Made by a program: the position numbers and the translations under genes. The notes below the pieces were generated by a model. The model was given only the letters and a program-made list of their open reading frames with translations, had not been told where the DNA came from and ran no database searches. Of a DNA stretch of 64,000 bases, positions 7,693 through 16,745 are shown piece by piece (position 1 is the stretch's first letter; each line of letters starts with the position of its first letter). The DNA is from Candidatus Eiseniibacteriota bacterium (GTDB taxonomy: Bacteria > Arandabacterota > Arandabacteria > Arandabacterales > Arandabacteraceae), in NCBI GenBank assembly GCA_043810925.1, contig JBDRNT010000151.1, positions 3,565-67,564 of the forward strand, given 5' to 3'.

Positions 7693-10600
7693 ATGAAGGT
7701 ATGGCGGGGTCTGATCCTCGTTACTCTTACAATCCTGATAGTCGGGGTAGCTGCCGGTGACGCCGGAGCCGGAGGCGGCCTGTTCTTTGTCTCGGAGGAC
7801 GAGGCGGCGCCCGAGACCGACGCGGCCCACAATAGTCTAGAAGGGGCCGATCTCACCCTGATGTATGCCGGGTTTAAGGGGCCCGGGCCGGACTCACTGA
7901 TCATAGTCCTCGACTACTCAAGCAACTGGTACAACATACACCTGATGGTTGCCCTCGAGCGCAATGGTGATGCGGATGGTGCGCCATCCGACCCGTTCGA
8001 ATTTCCCGTCACCTACGGACATGTGCTTAAGCCCGACTATGTTTTTACCTACAAGTACAGCGCCAACGACTACGCCGATCTCAGGAAATGGAACGGTGGG
8101 TGGGAGTTCTGGCATCTGGCACAGTCCAGGTGGATAACCGATCCAGCCGACGCGGGCAAGAACGCCCTGGCCATGGTGACCAAGACCAATTCACAGGTGA
8201 TCTTCAGTTTTCCGGCCGATGCAATCGGTGAATTCCTGCCCGGAGATACTTTCAGACTCCAATCCTATCTTACCTTTGAGGCCTGGGACGACGAAACACA
8301 GCAGATGGTCAAGTTCAACGCACTTGACTCCAACCCTCACGATCTCACTCATGATATGGAACCTGATGAGGGTGAATGGTGGGAAACCGCCACTGACCCC
8401 GTAACGCTGTCAGAGTATGCGACCTACATACTGCCGGAGTATGGAGTGCCTCCCAGTCTGTTCTTTGCGGCAGCCTTCCCGGACAGTGCGGCACCCGGGG
8501 ACGATGTAAGGTTCAGTGTGGACGTAAGAGATGCCGGCGGTGGGATCGGTGATGTCTCTGTCGATCTTTCGAGCGTCGGTGGAGACCCCGAGACGCCACT
8601 CAAAGATGATGGCACGGGTGGTGATGGGACGGCATCCGATGGCGTATTCTCGGTGCTCTATACATTGCCCGACAGGGTGGGTGGTGGTGTACACACGCTT
8701 GAGTTTTCTGCCCGGGATTCCACCAATGTCATGCAATCCCTGACTGAGGGGACGCTCAAGATCCTGACCGTTCCGGAACTCATCCTGACGGTTGCCGACT
8801 CGGTCGGGGACGACCACGGACCCAACCAGCCCGGCGTGTCCGGCCTTTACTACGTATATCCTACGAACCGTGTTTTCTACGCCGGTGCCTTCGACATACA
8901 TGAAGTGGAGATGATCGTCGACGGGCAGTACCTCGTCGTACGCGTCCACATAGGGAACCTCCCGGCATCAAACCAGGTCGGGTGGGGCGCCCCGTTGCCG
9001 GGAGCGACCTGTACCAACCCCAACAGCGCCGATCTCAATCTCGAGAAGATCGATATCTACATAGATTCCGAGGAAGGCGTGGGCGCGCAGATGGGACTCC
9101 CCTATCGCTATGTCGACATCGCCGAGCATGACGCCTGGGAGTATGCGGTCGCGATAGAAGGATGGTGGAAAGGGTTTGTCGAATCCAACGGGTCGGACAA
9201 CATTGGGCAGTGGACGCTTCGCACGCAGACCGTGATCATCGATTTCTGCGACGATAATGTAGAGGACTATATAGACGTTAAGATCGGACTCGCGGCGCTG
9301 GGCAGCCCCACGCCCGAGGAGATCCTAAGGTGGGACTTCATCGTCACGATGTCCGGTCACGACGGCGATAGCAGCGACGACAACTTCGGAGCCATAAGAT
9401 CGGTCAATGCCGGCACACACGAGTGGCAGTTCGGCGGCGGCCGGAACAGCTCCGGCGGCAGGGACCGCGATCCCAACCTGATCGACGTGGTCGCGATACC
9501 GGGCCAGGGAAAAGCCGCGGGACGGACCCAGGAGGAGATGCTTGATTACCTCACGGATGAGGCCTGGGAGAGATACGACCTGGGCTATAATTCCTGCCGG
9601 CTCGAGGCTTCGTTCCCCTCCGGAGGCAAGGGTGTAATACTGGGTACGGTGGCGCTCGACGGCCCGCCCGCGAATGTTGAAGTCTATGTCGTGAACTCGC
9701 TGACCGGTGAGATCGGCGGAAACGGCATAACGACCGTGCCGGGAGGAACCGGGGCGTTTCAGATCCTGAGCATCGAGGACGGTACCTATTATCTCATAGC
9801 CAGCGCTCGCGGCTATGTCGCCTTTGATTCGCTTGTGACGATTACGGGCGAAGAGTTCATCGAGGTCGACATCGAGCTCGCCGTTGCGCGCGCAACAAGA
9901 TATGCGTTCATAGACAGCCTCGGTAATGAGATTTACTCCGAGTTTGTTACGGTGAGTCTGCCCGACAGCGGGATCTTCACCTATGAAGACCTGCTCTTCG
10001 AACCCAGGGACGATGCAGGGAATTCCGCCATCTTAAGCGGTGTCGAGCCCGACAGCGTAAGGGTATCTGTCAGTCTTATCGATCCCTCGGTGCCTCCGCG
10101 TGGGGAGGTCGTTCTGGCTGCGGATGCGATGGGCACCGAGTTGATTGACGAGTTCATCACGTCGGAGATGTTCGAGGACGGTGTGGGCAGGTTCTGGGTG
10201 CGTGACGACAGCCTGGAGGTATTGAGGATCGAGGTCAGCAAGGACTTGCTGGCGGGCGCCGTGGAGCTCAGGGTAAAGGAGCTCGAACCCAGGAAGGTCA
10301 GCCTTACGCCGGATGTGACTGAGATAGTAGTCGGAGGTTCCGAGCGAATCGAGCTGGGTGTCCAGCTCCTGGACGATGTAGACAACACGATACCGGTGCG
10401 CAACGTCACGGTGCGTGTTGTCGCCGTTCAAGGTGAGCCGATTGTCGAGCCGCCGGTCGACGATACCGACGGCAACGGGTTCTTCAAGTCATCGGTCTAC
10501 GGTTACCGGGCCGGCACCGTGCGGCTTACCGCCAGATCGGAAGACAACATCTATAAGAACCTGGCGTCGGACACAATCGAGGTCTTCTTCAGGCCCGGTC

Positions 10601-13600
10601 CTGCCGCTTCGATAACCGCTTCTCTCGATCCGATTGTTGCTGACAAAGGCCAGAACGGCACGGTGACTTTCCAGGTGGTTGACGCGTTCGGGAACGCCGT
10701 AGCCGAGCCGGGGGTTTCGATAGACCTGTCGACATACCCTGAGGGACTTCTGACCTCGCTTGAGACTCCGGTAACAACCGGCGCAACGGGGCTGGCCGAG
10801 GCCGACTTCACGGCCGGTAACCGCTATGGCTTCGTATCCATAGAGGCGACATCGGACTACCCGGTCGATCCGGTTGTGCTTTCCATCGCGCCGACCTCGC
10901 TTGTGGCCGAAGACGAGGCCGCTCCCGAGAGTGACCCCGCTCATAACAGCGATCCAGGCATCGATCTCACTACGATGTATGCAACTGTTCACGCCGACAC
11001 CCTGAACATTGCTCTTGAATTCTCGACTGCATGGGATGGTGCCCATCTCATGGTGGTCTTAGAGCGAAACAGGGATCATGCCGGTGGCGAACAGGATCCC
11101 TTCGAGTTTCCGATCTTCTACAGACACACCTTCAGACCCGACTACGTTTTCACCTACAAGTATTCGGGTGGTGACTATGCCGATCTTCGCAGGTGGAACG
11201 GTGGGTGGGAGTTCTGGCATCTTGCCAACGGAACCTGGATCACCGATCCGAATGATGCCGGCAAGGATGCCAAGGGCATGGTCGAGAAACTGGCTACCCT
11301 GGTGTGGTTTAAGTTCCCGCTTGCCGCGATAGGAGGGGTTTCAGAGGGTGATACGCTCAGGCTCGAGGCATACGTCACCCAGGAGTTCGAAGGCTCCAAG
11401 TACAACGCCCTTGACTCGAGTCCCAGTGATGCGACGCACGATATGGATCCCGACGAGGGTGAGTGGTGGGAGACGGCGACGACACCCGTCACACTCTCGA
11501 AATACGGTCTTTACATAGTACCGCTCCTGACAACGCCTCCCGATCTGAGCGATCCATCGGCCTCCCCGGACAGCGTCTCGCCCGGAGAGATTGTGACCTT
11601 CTCGGTCACGGTGGAAGATGCCGGTAGTGGGGTGGGTGACGTCTTTATGGATCTCACGCCGCTCGGCGGCCGGTCCGTGACCTGGCTTTATGACGACGGA
11701 ACACACGGGGATGACGCGCAGCTTGACGGGACCTACGCGAGCCGGTTCACGATTCCAGCGGGGGTCTCACAGGGGATTCACAATGTCGCGTTCGTGGCCA
11801 GAGACAGTCTCAACCTTGCGACTTCGACCGTCTCCGTCCCCGTCACGATCACGACGTTGCCCGTACCCTTCATCTCGGTCAGGGATTCGATCGGGGACGA
11901 CCACGGACCCAACATCACGGATGCCTCAGGAAATCCGGTGGCCGGACTTTATTACTACTATCCGACAAATGGCGTCTTCGCCGAAGGCGTATTCGACATA
12001 GAACAGGTTGATCTCATAATCGACGGCACGTGGCTGGCGATCAAGGTGCATGTCGGTGAGGTGCCCTCATCGGAGGCTGTCGGCTGGAATGCGCCGTATC
12101 CAGGAGAGAAGTGTACCGACCCGAACAAGGCCGATCTCAATCTGCAGAAGATAGACATCTATATCGATTCCGAGGAAGGTGTCGGGGCCACCTCGGGCCT
12201 TCCCAATCGCAATCACGACATAGCGAGGAGTGATGCCTGGGAGTATGCCGTCGCGATAGAAGGTTGGTGGAGGGGAATCGTAAGTTCCAACGGGGAAAAC
12301 GCAACCGCCTTCTGGACCTTGAGCAAACTCGCGTCTTCGATGTATTTCTGCACGGATCACGTCGACAATTCGATCGAGATAAGTATTGCGCTCGAAGCGC
12401 TCGGTCTTCTGCAGCCCGGGGAGGACATGACCGAGGAGAGGAAAGCGGCCATAGAGCGTGAGATCAAGACCTGGGAATTCATAATCACGACGGCCAGCCA
12501 CGATGGCGATAGCAGCGATGAGAATTTCGGAGGCATAAGATGGGTCAACCGGTCAACCGGTGAATGGCAGTTCGGGGGTGGACGGGACGGCGAAGGCGGC
12601 AGGGACAGGGATCCAAACATAGTCGATGTGGTAACAGTGCGCGACTCCCTCTCGCTTGCGGGAAGACCCCAGGAGGAGATGCTCAACTACGATCTCCCGT
12701 ATGCCCAGAAGCGCTTTGAGAATCTCTTGAACGCCTGCGTGCTGGAGGCGACATTCTCCGAGGATATCTCACCACCCGACATAACCCCGTTCCACAGGGG
12801 CCGGTTCGGGCATTCGAGATGGTGGGTGCTCCAGTACAGCCCGGCTTCATTCTGGACACTGATAGTGGATGAAAGTGATATAGAGGAGGTCCAGTTCCGC
12901 TGGCGGCCTGAGGGGCAGATGTCCTGGAACGTGACCGAGATGGGACACATACTTGAGGACTACTGGATAGCCGATATCGACCCGGTGGAACTGGAAAGCG
13001 CGACGCGTCCGGTAACGCTGGTTGACGGAACCGTGGGACGGCCGTTCCAGGCCGAGATCTATGCCCGCGATGAGTTCGGTAACGAGGGCAGGAGCGAACT
13101 GCTGACATTCGCCGTTGCTGAGGACAGACTGGCCTTTGATGACAGCATAAACATAAAGCCGGGTGAGGCTTTCATAGCGTATGACGGCACATTCGTCCTT
13201 GTGCCGGACACAACGCTTTCGGAGGATTACGACGAGTTTGATATCCGGGTTACCCCGCTGCCCGAGTACGGTCCGGGATCGGTAGATCTCACGAATCTGA
13301 GATCGTCGATGGACTACATGGGTGTGGGACGGCGGATTGATGTCGTCGGCAGGAGCCTGGAGGATACGAGCATGATTTCAAAGCTCGACAACTCCATGAT
13401 CGTGGCTCTCCACTATCCATCGTACAAGCAGAGCGGACGGCTGGACGAGCAGCGAATAGGTCTTTTCCGGTATAACGATCTCACCGAGCGCTGGATCGGT
13501 ATGTACGGCTCCGTCAACGACTGGGGGAATGCCGTCAGGGCGGAGATAGACGAACCCGGCACCTTCGGTCTCTTCGCGGATTCACGGCTTTCATATGATT

Positions 13601-13938
13601 CGGGGAAGGGGCTTTCGGGTGTCACCGTCGAACCCAATCCCTTCTCGCCGAACGGTGACGGGCTCTATGACGAGACAAGAATAAACTTCTATCTCGCCAG
13701 AGAGATCGACTGGATAACGATCGAAATCTACGACATCGCCGGGCAAGCCGTGCGGACGATCCGTTGGCAGGAGGGTGTGACCCGGTTGACGCGGAACGAA
13801 GTCTACATCGATTGGGACGGAAAAGACGATAACGGTAGAGTCGTGCCCTATGGTATTTACATTCTAAGAGTCGAGGCGCGCTTTAAGGTTGCGCCGAACC
13901 TCGAACGTGAAAACAAAGCTGTTGTTGTGATCAAGTAG
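7693..13938 (+). CDS. giant (2081 aa) secreted multidomain protein: two copies of [Trp-rich DOMON-like + choice-of-anchor-X-like Ig + glucodextranase-C DOMON-like], central Ig-like domains, C-terminal FlgD/CHU_C-type sorting domain
   Basis: Signal peptide; duplicated 'EDEAAPE.D..HNS', 'L.DDGT.GD...DG' and 'DS.GDDHGPN...YYYP.N.VF..G.FDI'; C-terminal 'PNPFSPNGDGLYDET...IYDIAGQAVRTI...WDGKDDNGRVVPYGIYI'. Confidence 0.8.
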   Translation: MKVWRGLILVTLTILIVGVAAGDAGAGGGLFFVSEDEAAPETDAAHNSLEGADLTLMYAGFKGPGPDSLIIVLDYSSNWYNIHLMVALERNGDADGAPSDPFEFPVTYGHVLKPDYVFTYKYSANDYADLRKWNGGWEFWHLAQSRWITDPADAGKNALAMVTKTNSQVIFSFPADAIGEFLPGDTFRLQSYLTFEAWDDETQQMVKFNALDSNPHDLTHDMEPDEGEWWETATDPVTLSEYATYILPEYGVPPSLFFAAAFPDSAAPGDDVRFSVDVRDAGGGIGDVSVDLSSVGGDPETPLKDDGTGGDGTASDGVFSVLYTLPDRVGGGVHTLEFSARDSTNVMQSLTEGTLKILTVPELILTVADSVGDDHGPNQPGVSGLYYVYPTNRVFYAGAFDIHEVEMIVDGQYLVVRVHIGNLPASNQVGWGAPLPGATCTNPNSADLNLEKIDIYIDSEEGVGAQMGLPYRYVDIAEHDAWEYAVAIEGWWKGFVESNGSDNIGQWTLRTQTVIIDFCDDNVEDYIDVKIGLAALGSPTPEEILRWDFIVTMSGHDGDSSDDNFGAIRSVNAGTHEWQFGGGRNSSGGRDRDPNLIDVVAIPGQGKAAGRTQEEMLDYLTDEAWERYDLGYNSCRLEASFPSGGKGVILGTVALDGPPANVEVYVVNSLTGEIGGNGITTVPGGTGAFQILSIEDGTYYLIASARGYVAFDSLVTITGEEFIEVDIELAVARATRYAFIDSLGNEIYSEFVTVSLPDSGIFTYEDLLFEPRDDAGNSAILSGVEPDSVRVSVSLIDPSVPPRGEVVLAADAMGTELIDEFITSEMFEDGVGRFWVRDDSLEVLRIEVSKDLLAGAVELRVKELEPRKVSLTPDVTEIVVGGSERIELGVQLLDDVDNTIPVRNVTVRVVAVQGEPIVEPPVDDTDGNGFFKSSVYGYRAGTVRLTARSEDNIYKNLASDTIEVFFRPGPAASITASLDPIVADKGQNGTVTFQVVDAFGNAVAEPGVSIDLSTYPEGLLTSLETPVTTGATGLAEADFTAGNRYGFVSIEATSDYPVDPVVLSIAPTSLVAEDEAAPESDPAHNSDPGIDLTTMYATVHADTLNIALEFSTAWDGAHLMVVLERNRDHAGGEQDPFEFPIFYRHTFRPDYVFTYKYSGGDYADLRRWNGGWEFWHLANGTWITDPNDAGKDAKGMVEKLATLVWFKFPLAAIGGVSEGDTLRLEAYVTQEFEGSKYNALDSSPSDATHDMDPDEGEWWETATTPVTLSKYGLYIVPLLTTPPDLSDPSASPDSVSPGEIVTFSVTVEDAGSGVGDVFMDLTPLGGRSVTWLYDDGTHGDDAQLDGTYASRFTIPAGVSQGIHNVAFVARDSLNLATSTVSVPVTITTLPVPFISVRDSIGDDHGPNITDASGNPVAGLYYYYPTNGVFAEGVFDIEQVDLIIDGTWLAIKVHVGEVPSSEAVGWNAPYPGEKCTDPNKADLNLQKIDIYIDSEEGVGATSGLPNRNHDIARSDAWEYAVAIEGWWRGIVSSNGENATAFWTLSKLASSMYFCTDHVDNSIEISIALEALGLLQPGEDMTEERKAAIEREIKTWEFIITTASHDGDSSDENFGGIRWVNRSTGEWQFGGGRDGEGGRDRDPNIVDVVTVRDSLSLAGRPQEEMLNYDLPYAQKRFENLLNACVLEATFSEDISPPDITPFHRGRFGHSRWWVLQYSPASFWTLIVDESDIEEVQFRWRPEGQMSWNVTEMGHILEDYWIADIDPVELESATRPVTLVDGTVGRPFQAEIYARDEFGNEGRSELLTFAVAEDRLAFDDSINIKPGEAFIAYDGTFVLVPDTTLSEDYDEFDIRVTPLPEYGPGSVDLTNLRSSMDYMGVGRRIDVVGRSLEDTSMISKLDNSMIVALHYPSYKQSGRLDEQRIGLFRYNDLTERWIGMYGSVNDWGNAVRAEIDEPGTFGLFADSRLSYDSGKGLSGVTVEPNPFSPNGDGLYDETRINFYLAREIDWITIEIYDIAGQAVRTIRWQEGVTRLTRNEVYIDWDGKDDNGRVVPYGIYILRVEARFKVAPNLERENKAVVVIK

Positions 13939-13947
13939 GAGAACAGA

Positions 13948-15243
13948 ATGAAGTTTTTGGCCGGAGCCATCCTTATTGTGATCATGCCGGGTATGCTGTG
14001 GGCAGGATTCACGAGCATGGAAGAAGGCGCAAGGGCCACGGGTATGGGCGGCGCTTTTGTCGGCGTGGCCGATGATGCGACCGCCGTGTTCTGGAATCCC
14101 GCGGGCCATGCTCTTGGTCAGGGACTTAAGCTGACCGCGATGAGAACCCGGCTCTTCTCGGTAAGCGGTCTGTCGGAAGACTGTGTCGCCATGAGTTACT
14201 CGGGCTGGCAGAAAGCGGGCTTCGGTTTCGGCTGGACACGAGCCGGTGTCGAGGAGGTCTACAGCGAGGATGCATTTGTAGTGGGGACCGGGCGACAGCT
14301 CTTCAGCGACCGGTTCTCGATCGGGGGCGCGCTCCGCATATACAGGGTATCCGCACCCGGGTACGATTACTATAACGATCCCAACTTCGGCGGCCCGGGG
14401 ACGGGCCACGCCTTTGACATAGGTCTGCTCTACCGGGCACCCAGGTGGTCACTCGGTTGCGTGATGCGTAACATGGGGGAGCCGGAGATAAACCTGATCA
14501 GTACGACCGAAGACGGCGACCCGATCTTCTCGGAATTCCGGCTGGGTGCTTCTTATACCTTCAGGGATGCCATGCTCATAACCGGTGAGATTCGCCGGCC
14601 CCGGGACGTCCCGGACTACTACGAGAACAAGCTGAGCTACTATCTCGGTACGGAAATCTGGTTCTTTGATGCTTTTGCCCTGCGAACCGGACTTAACAGA
14701 AGCCGGGCGGCCGCCGGGGTGGGCTTGAGGATATCCAAACTCACCGTTGACGCGGCCTTGCTGTCGGGTAGACGCCCCGGCAACAAGTACAGGTTGTCGG
14801 TGTCGCTTGACGGTCTGCTTATGCCCAGGCGAGAGCGCGAGGCAAAGCCGGTGCCGGTACCCAAACCGCCCCCGGCTCCGGATGGGTGTGAAGTCCTGGC
14901 CCGGAAGTATGACGAGGCGGTTGCCGCACTCGAACTGTCGAAGACGAGGCTTGAGGAGGAAAGTCGTCTTGCCGCGGGTCTTAATGACAGAATCGCCCGG
15001 GTCGATGCCGATCTGGCGGAGCTTGGAGATAAGACAGCCGGGCTGGAACGTGAGCTCGAAGAAGCCATGAGACTGCCCTCGACCTGGACGGTCATGAAGG
15101 GCGAGTGCCTCTGGTGGATCTCAGGGTACGAACAGATTTACAACGATCCGCTCAAGTGGCCGAGGATATACGAGGCCAACAGAGACCAGATAAAGAATCC
15201 GGACTTGATTTACCCGGACCAGGTTCTGAGGATTCCGCGATGA
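13948..15243 (+). CDS. PorV/FadL-like outer-membrane barrel fused to Pro linker, coiled coil and C-terminal LysM domain
   Basis: 'GARATGMGGAFVGVADDATAVFWNPAG' is the PorV-family N-terminal motif; KPVPVPKPPPAP; heptad-like helix; 'WTVMKGECLWWIS...IYEANRDQIKNPDLIYPDQVLRIP' LysM. Confidence 0.8.
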   Translation: MKFLAGAILIVIMPGMLWAGFTSMEEGARATGMGGAFVGVADDATAVFWNPAGHALGQGLKLTAMRTRLFSVSGLSEDCVAMSYSGWQKAGFGFGWTRAGVEEVYSEDAFVVGTGRQLFSDRFSIGGALRIYRVSAPGYDYYNDPNFGGPGTGHAFDIGLLYRAPRWSLGCVMRNMGEPEINLISTTEDGDPIFSEFRLGASYTFRDAMLITGEIRRPRDVPDYYENKLSYYLGTEIWFFDAFALRTGLNRSRAAAGVGLRISKLTVDAALLSGRRPGNKYRLSVSLDGLLMPRREREAKPVPVPKPPPAPDGCEVLARKYDEAVAALELSKTRLEEESRLAAGLNDRIARVDADLAELGDKTAGLERELEEAMRLPSTWTVMKGECLWWISGYEQIYNDPLKWPRIYEANRDQIKNPDLIYPDQVLRIPR

Positions 15244-16730
15244 TGGATGGTAAGCGAAGTCTTGGTTTAGCCGCCGCACTGCTCGTTGTCCTCGCGTGGC
15301 AGAGTGCCGCGTTCGGTGCAACCACGCTTGAGGGTTATACCGAGGCCTACCTGCAACTGAGCGGTGAGAGCCGGGTCTGGCGCTTCGACAACCCGCAGTT
15401 CCTCGGTGAGCTCAGGATCAAGTCCACGCCGTGGCCCGACACCGAAGGTTTTCTCAAGTTCCAGGGTTTGTCCAACAAGTGGGAAGGTGCACGGTGGGAG
15501 AACTTCTTCTTCCTCAAGGAAGGCCATCTCAAGTATCGGGGCAGGCGGATCGAGACGCTTCTCTTTACAGGCCAGGACCGGTTCTGGCTCAACGAACCGC
15601 TCTTGAGGGTTGTGAACAACGATATCATAAAGGACGATGACTACGGTCCCAAGGCCCAGGGCGTAAGACTTGATTTCTGGGATACGTGGGGGCTTACGGG
15701 TACGGCTTTCTACAGTGACAAGTCCACCGGTTACCCCGCATTGGAAACTCCGCATTTCCCGGTGGGCAACACCTCGGCCAAACCCGATACTGTGAGCACC
15801 GATGACTACCGGGGAGGACGTCTCAAGCGCTCGTTTCTGGCGGAAAGGATGATCCTCGGTGCAACCTATGGCAGGAAGGACTACTCAAACGGTGCCACCA
15901 ACTATGATGAAGTCGCCACTGCGGATTTTGAAGTCGCGGTGGGCAACCTCGCCCCATCGCTTTCGAAGCTCGGAAGGATCACCGTGGTCGGCGAGGGCGG
16001 AAAGAACATCTCGGGCTGGATCGCCGACAAGGACGCTTACGGGTGGAAACTCGAGGTCCGGGATGTGGGCTACGGGCCGGTGACCATGATCGCATCGCTC
16101 TATGACTTCGATCCTGATTTTTATACGATCGGCCTGGCGGAGGACAACGCTTGGAGGAACGACTTCCATGGCCATTACTTCCAGCTCGATTACAGGGTTC
16201 CGAAGAAAGCAATAAACCTTAAGGGCTGGCGTTTCCGCGACAAGCCGCACACCTTTACGATCGAGAACCAGCCACGCGAAGAGACCGGTGGCGAGGTCTA
16301 TGTCGAGTTCATCCACGGTTTCATCGGGAAGGTCGAATACAAGAGGTATTTGGACAAGAACGGCACTTATCCCAACGTGCTCTTCGAGGTGGCCGGTGAG
16401 AACAAGCTGGTCAAGATAAAGACCCAGTTCAGGATCAAGGACATCGGCACCGACTATCAGGTCAGGGTCTTCGGATTCGAGGCCAATGCCAACCTGACCG
16501 AGCAGTGGAAGTTCTATAGCAGACTTCTTACCGTCGATGAAAGGACGGAATCCCGGGAATCGGTTTTTGCGCAGATACAGTACACCGGATGGAACAGCGC
16601 CGAGTTCTTCCTCGAATTCGGGGATTGGGGCCAGAGTAACGATCTGGCCAACACCGAGTGGTTTATCGATCATGCCAACGGTGACAACACGCGGCGCCAG
16701 TTCAAGGCATTCTTGAAACTATACTACTAA
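15240..16730 (+). CDS. putative outer-membrane beta-barrel protein of unknown family
   Basis: ATG 15240 overlaps the upstream TGA; signal peptide; alternating hydrophobic strands; C-terminal 'FKAFLKLYY' beta-signal. Confidence 0.65.
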   Translation: MMDGKRSLGLAAALLVVLAWQSAAFGATTLEGYTEAYLQLSGESRVWRFDNPQFLGELRIKSTPWPDTEGFLKFQGLSNKWEGARWENFFFLKEGHLKYRGRRIETLLFTGQDRFWLNEPLLRVVNNDIIKDDDYGPKAQGVRLDFWDTWGLTGTAFYSDKSTGYPALETPHFPVGNTSAKPDTVSTDDYRGGRLKRSFLAERMILGATYGRKDYSNGATNYDEVATADFEVAVGNLAPSLSKLGRITVVGEGGKNISGWIADKDAYGWKLEVRDVGYGPVTMIASLYDFDPDFYTIGLAEDNAWRNDFHGHYFQLDYRVPKKAINLKGWRFRDKPHTFTIENQPREETGGEVYVEFIHGFIGKVEYKRYLDKNGTYPNVLFEVAGENKLVKIKTQFRIKDIGTDYQVRVFGFEANANLTEQWKFYSRLLTVDERTESRESVFAQIQYTGWNSAEFFLEFGDWGQSNDLANTEWFIDHANGDNTRRQFKAFLKLYY

Positions 16731-16745
16731 CGGAGGAGACTCAAG

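Noticed and set aside
15105-15239. Upstream extensions given by the ORF track (also 6150, 22559, 28322, 46578, 55514, 57408, 61329)
   Set aside because: They overlap upstream genes or promoters; later starts give an RBS or translational coupling and proper signal peptides or N-termini.
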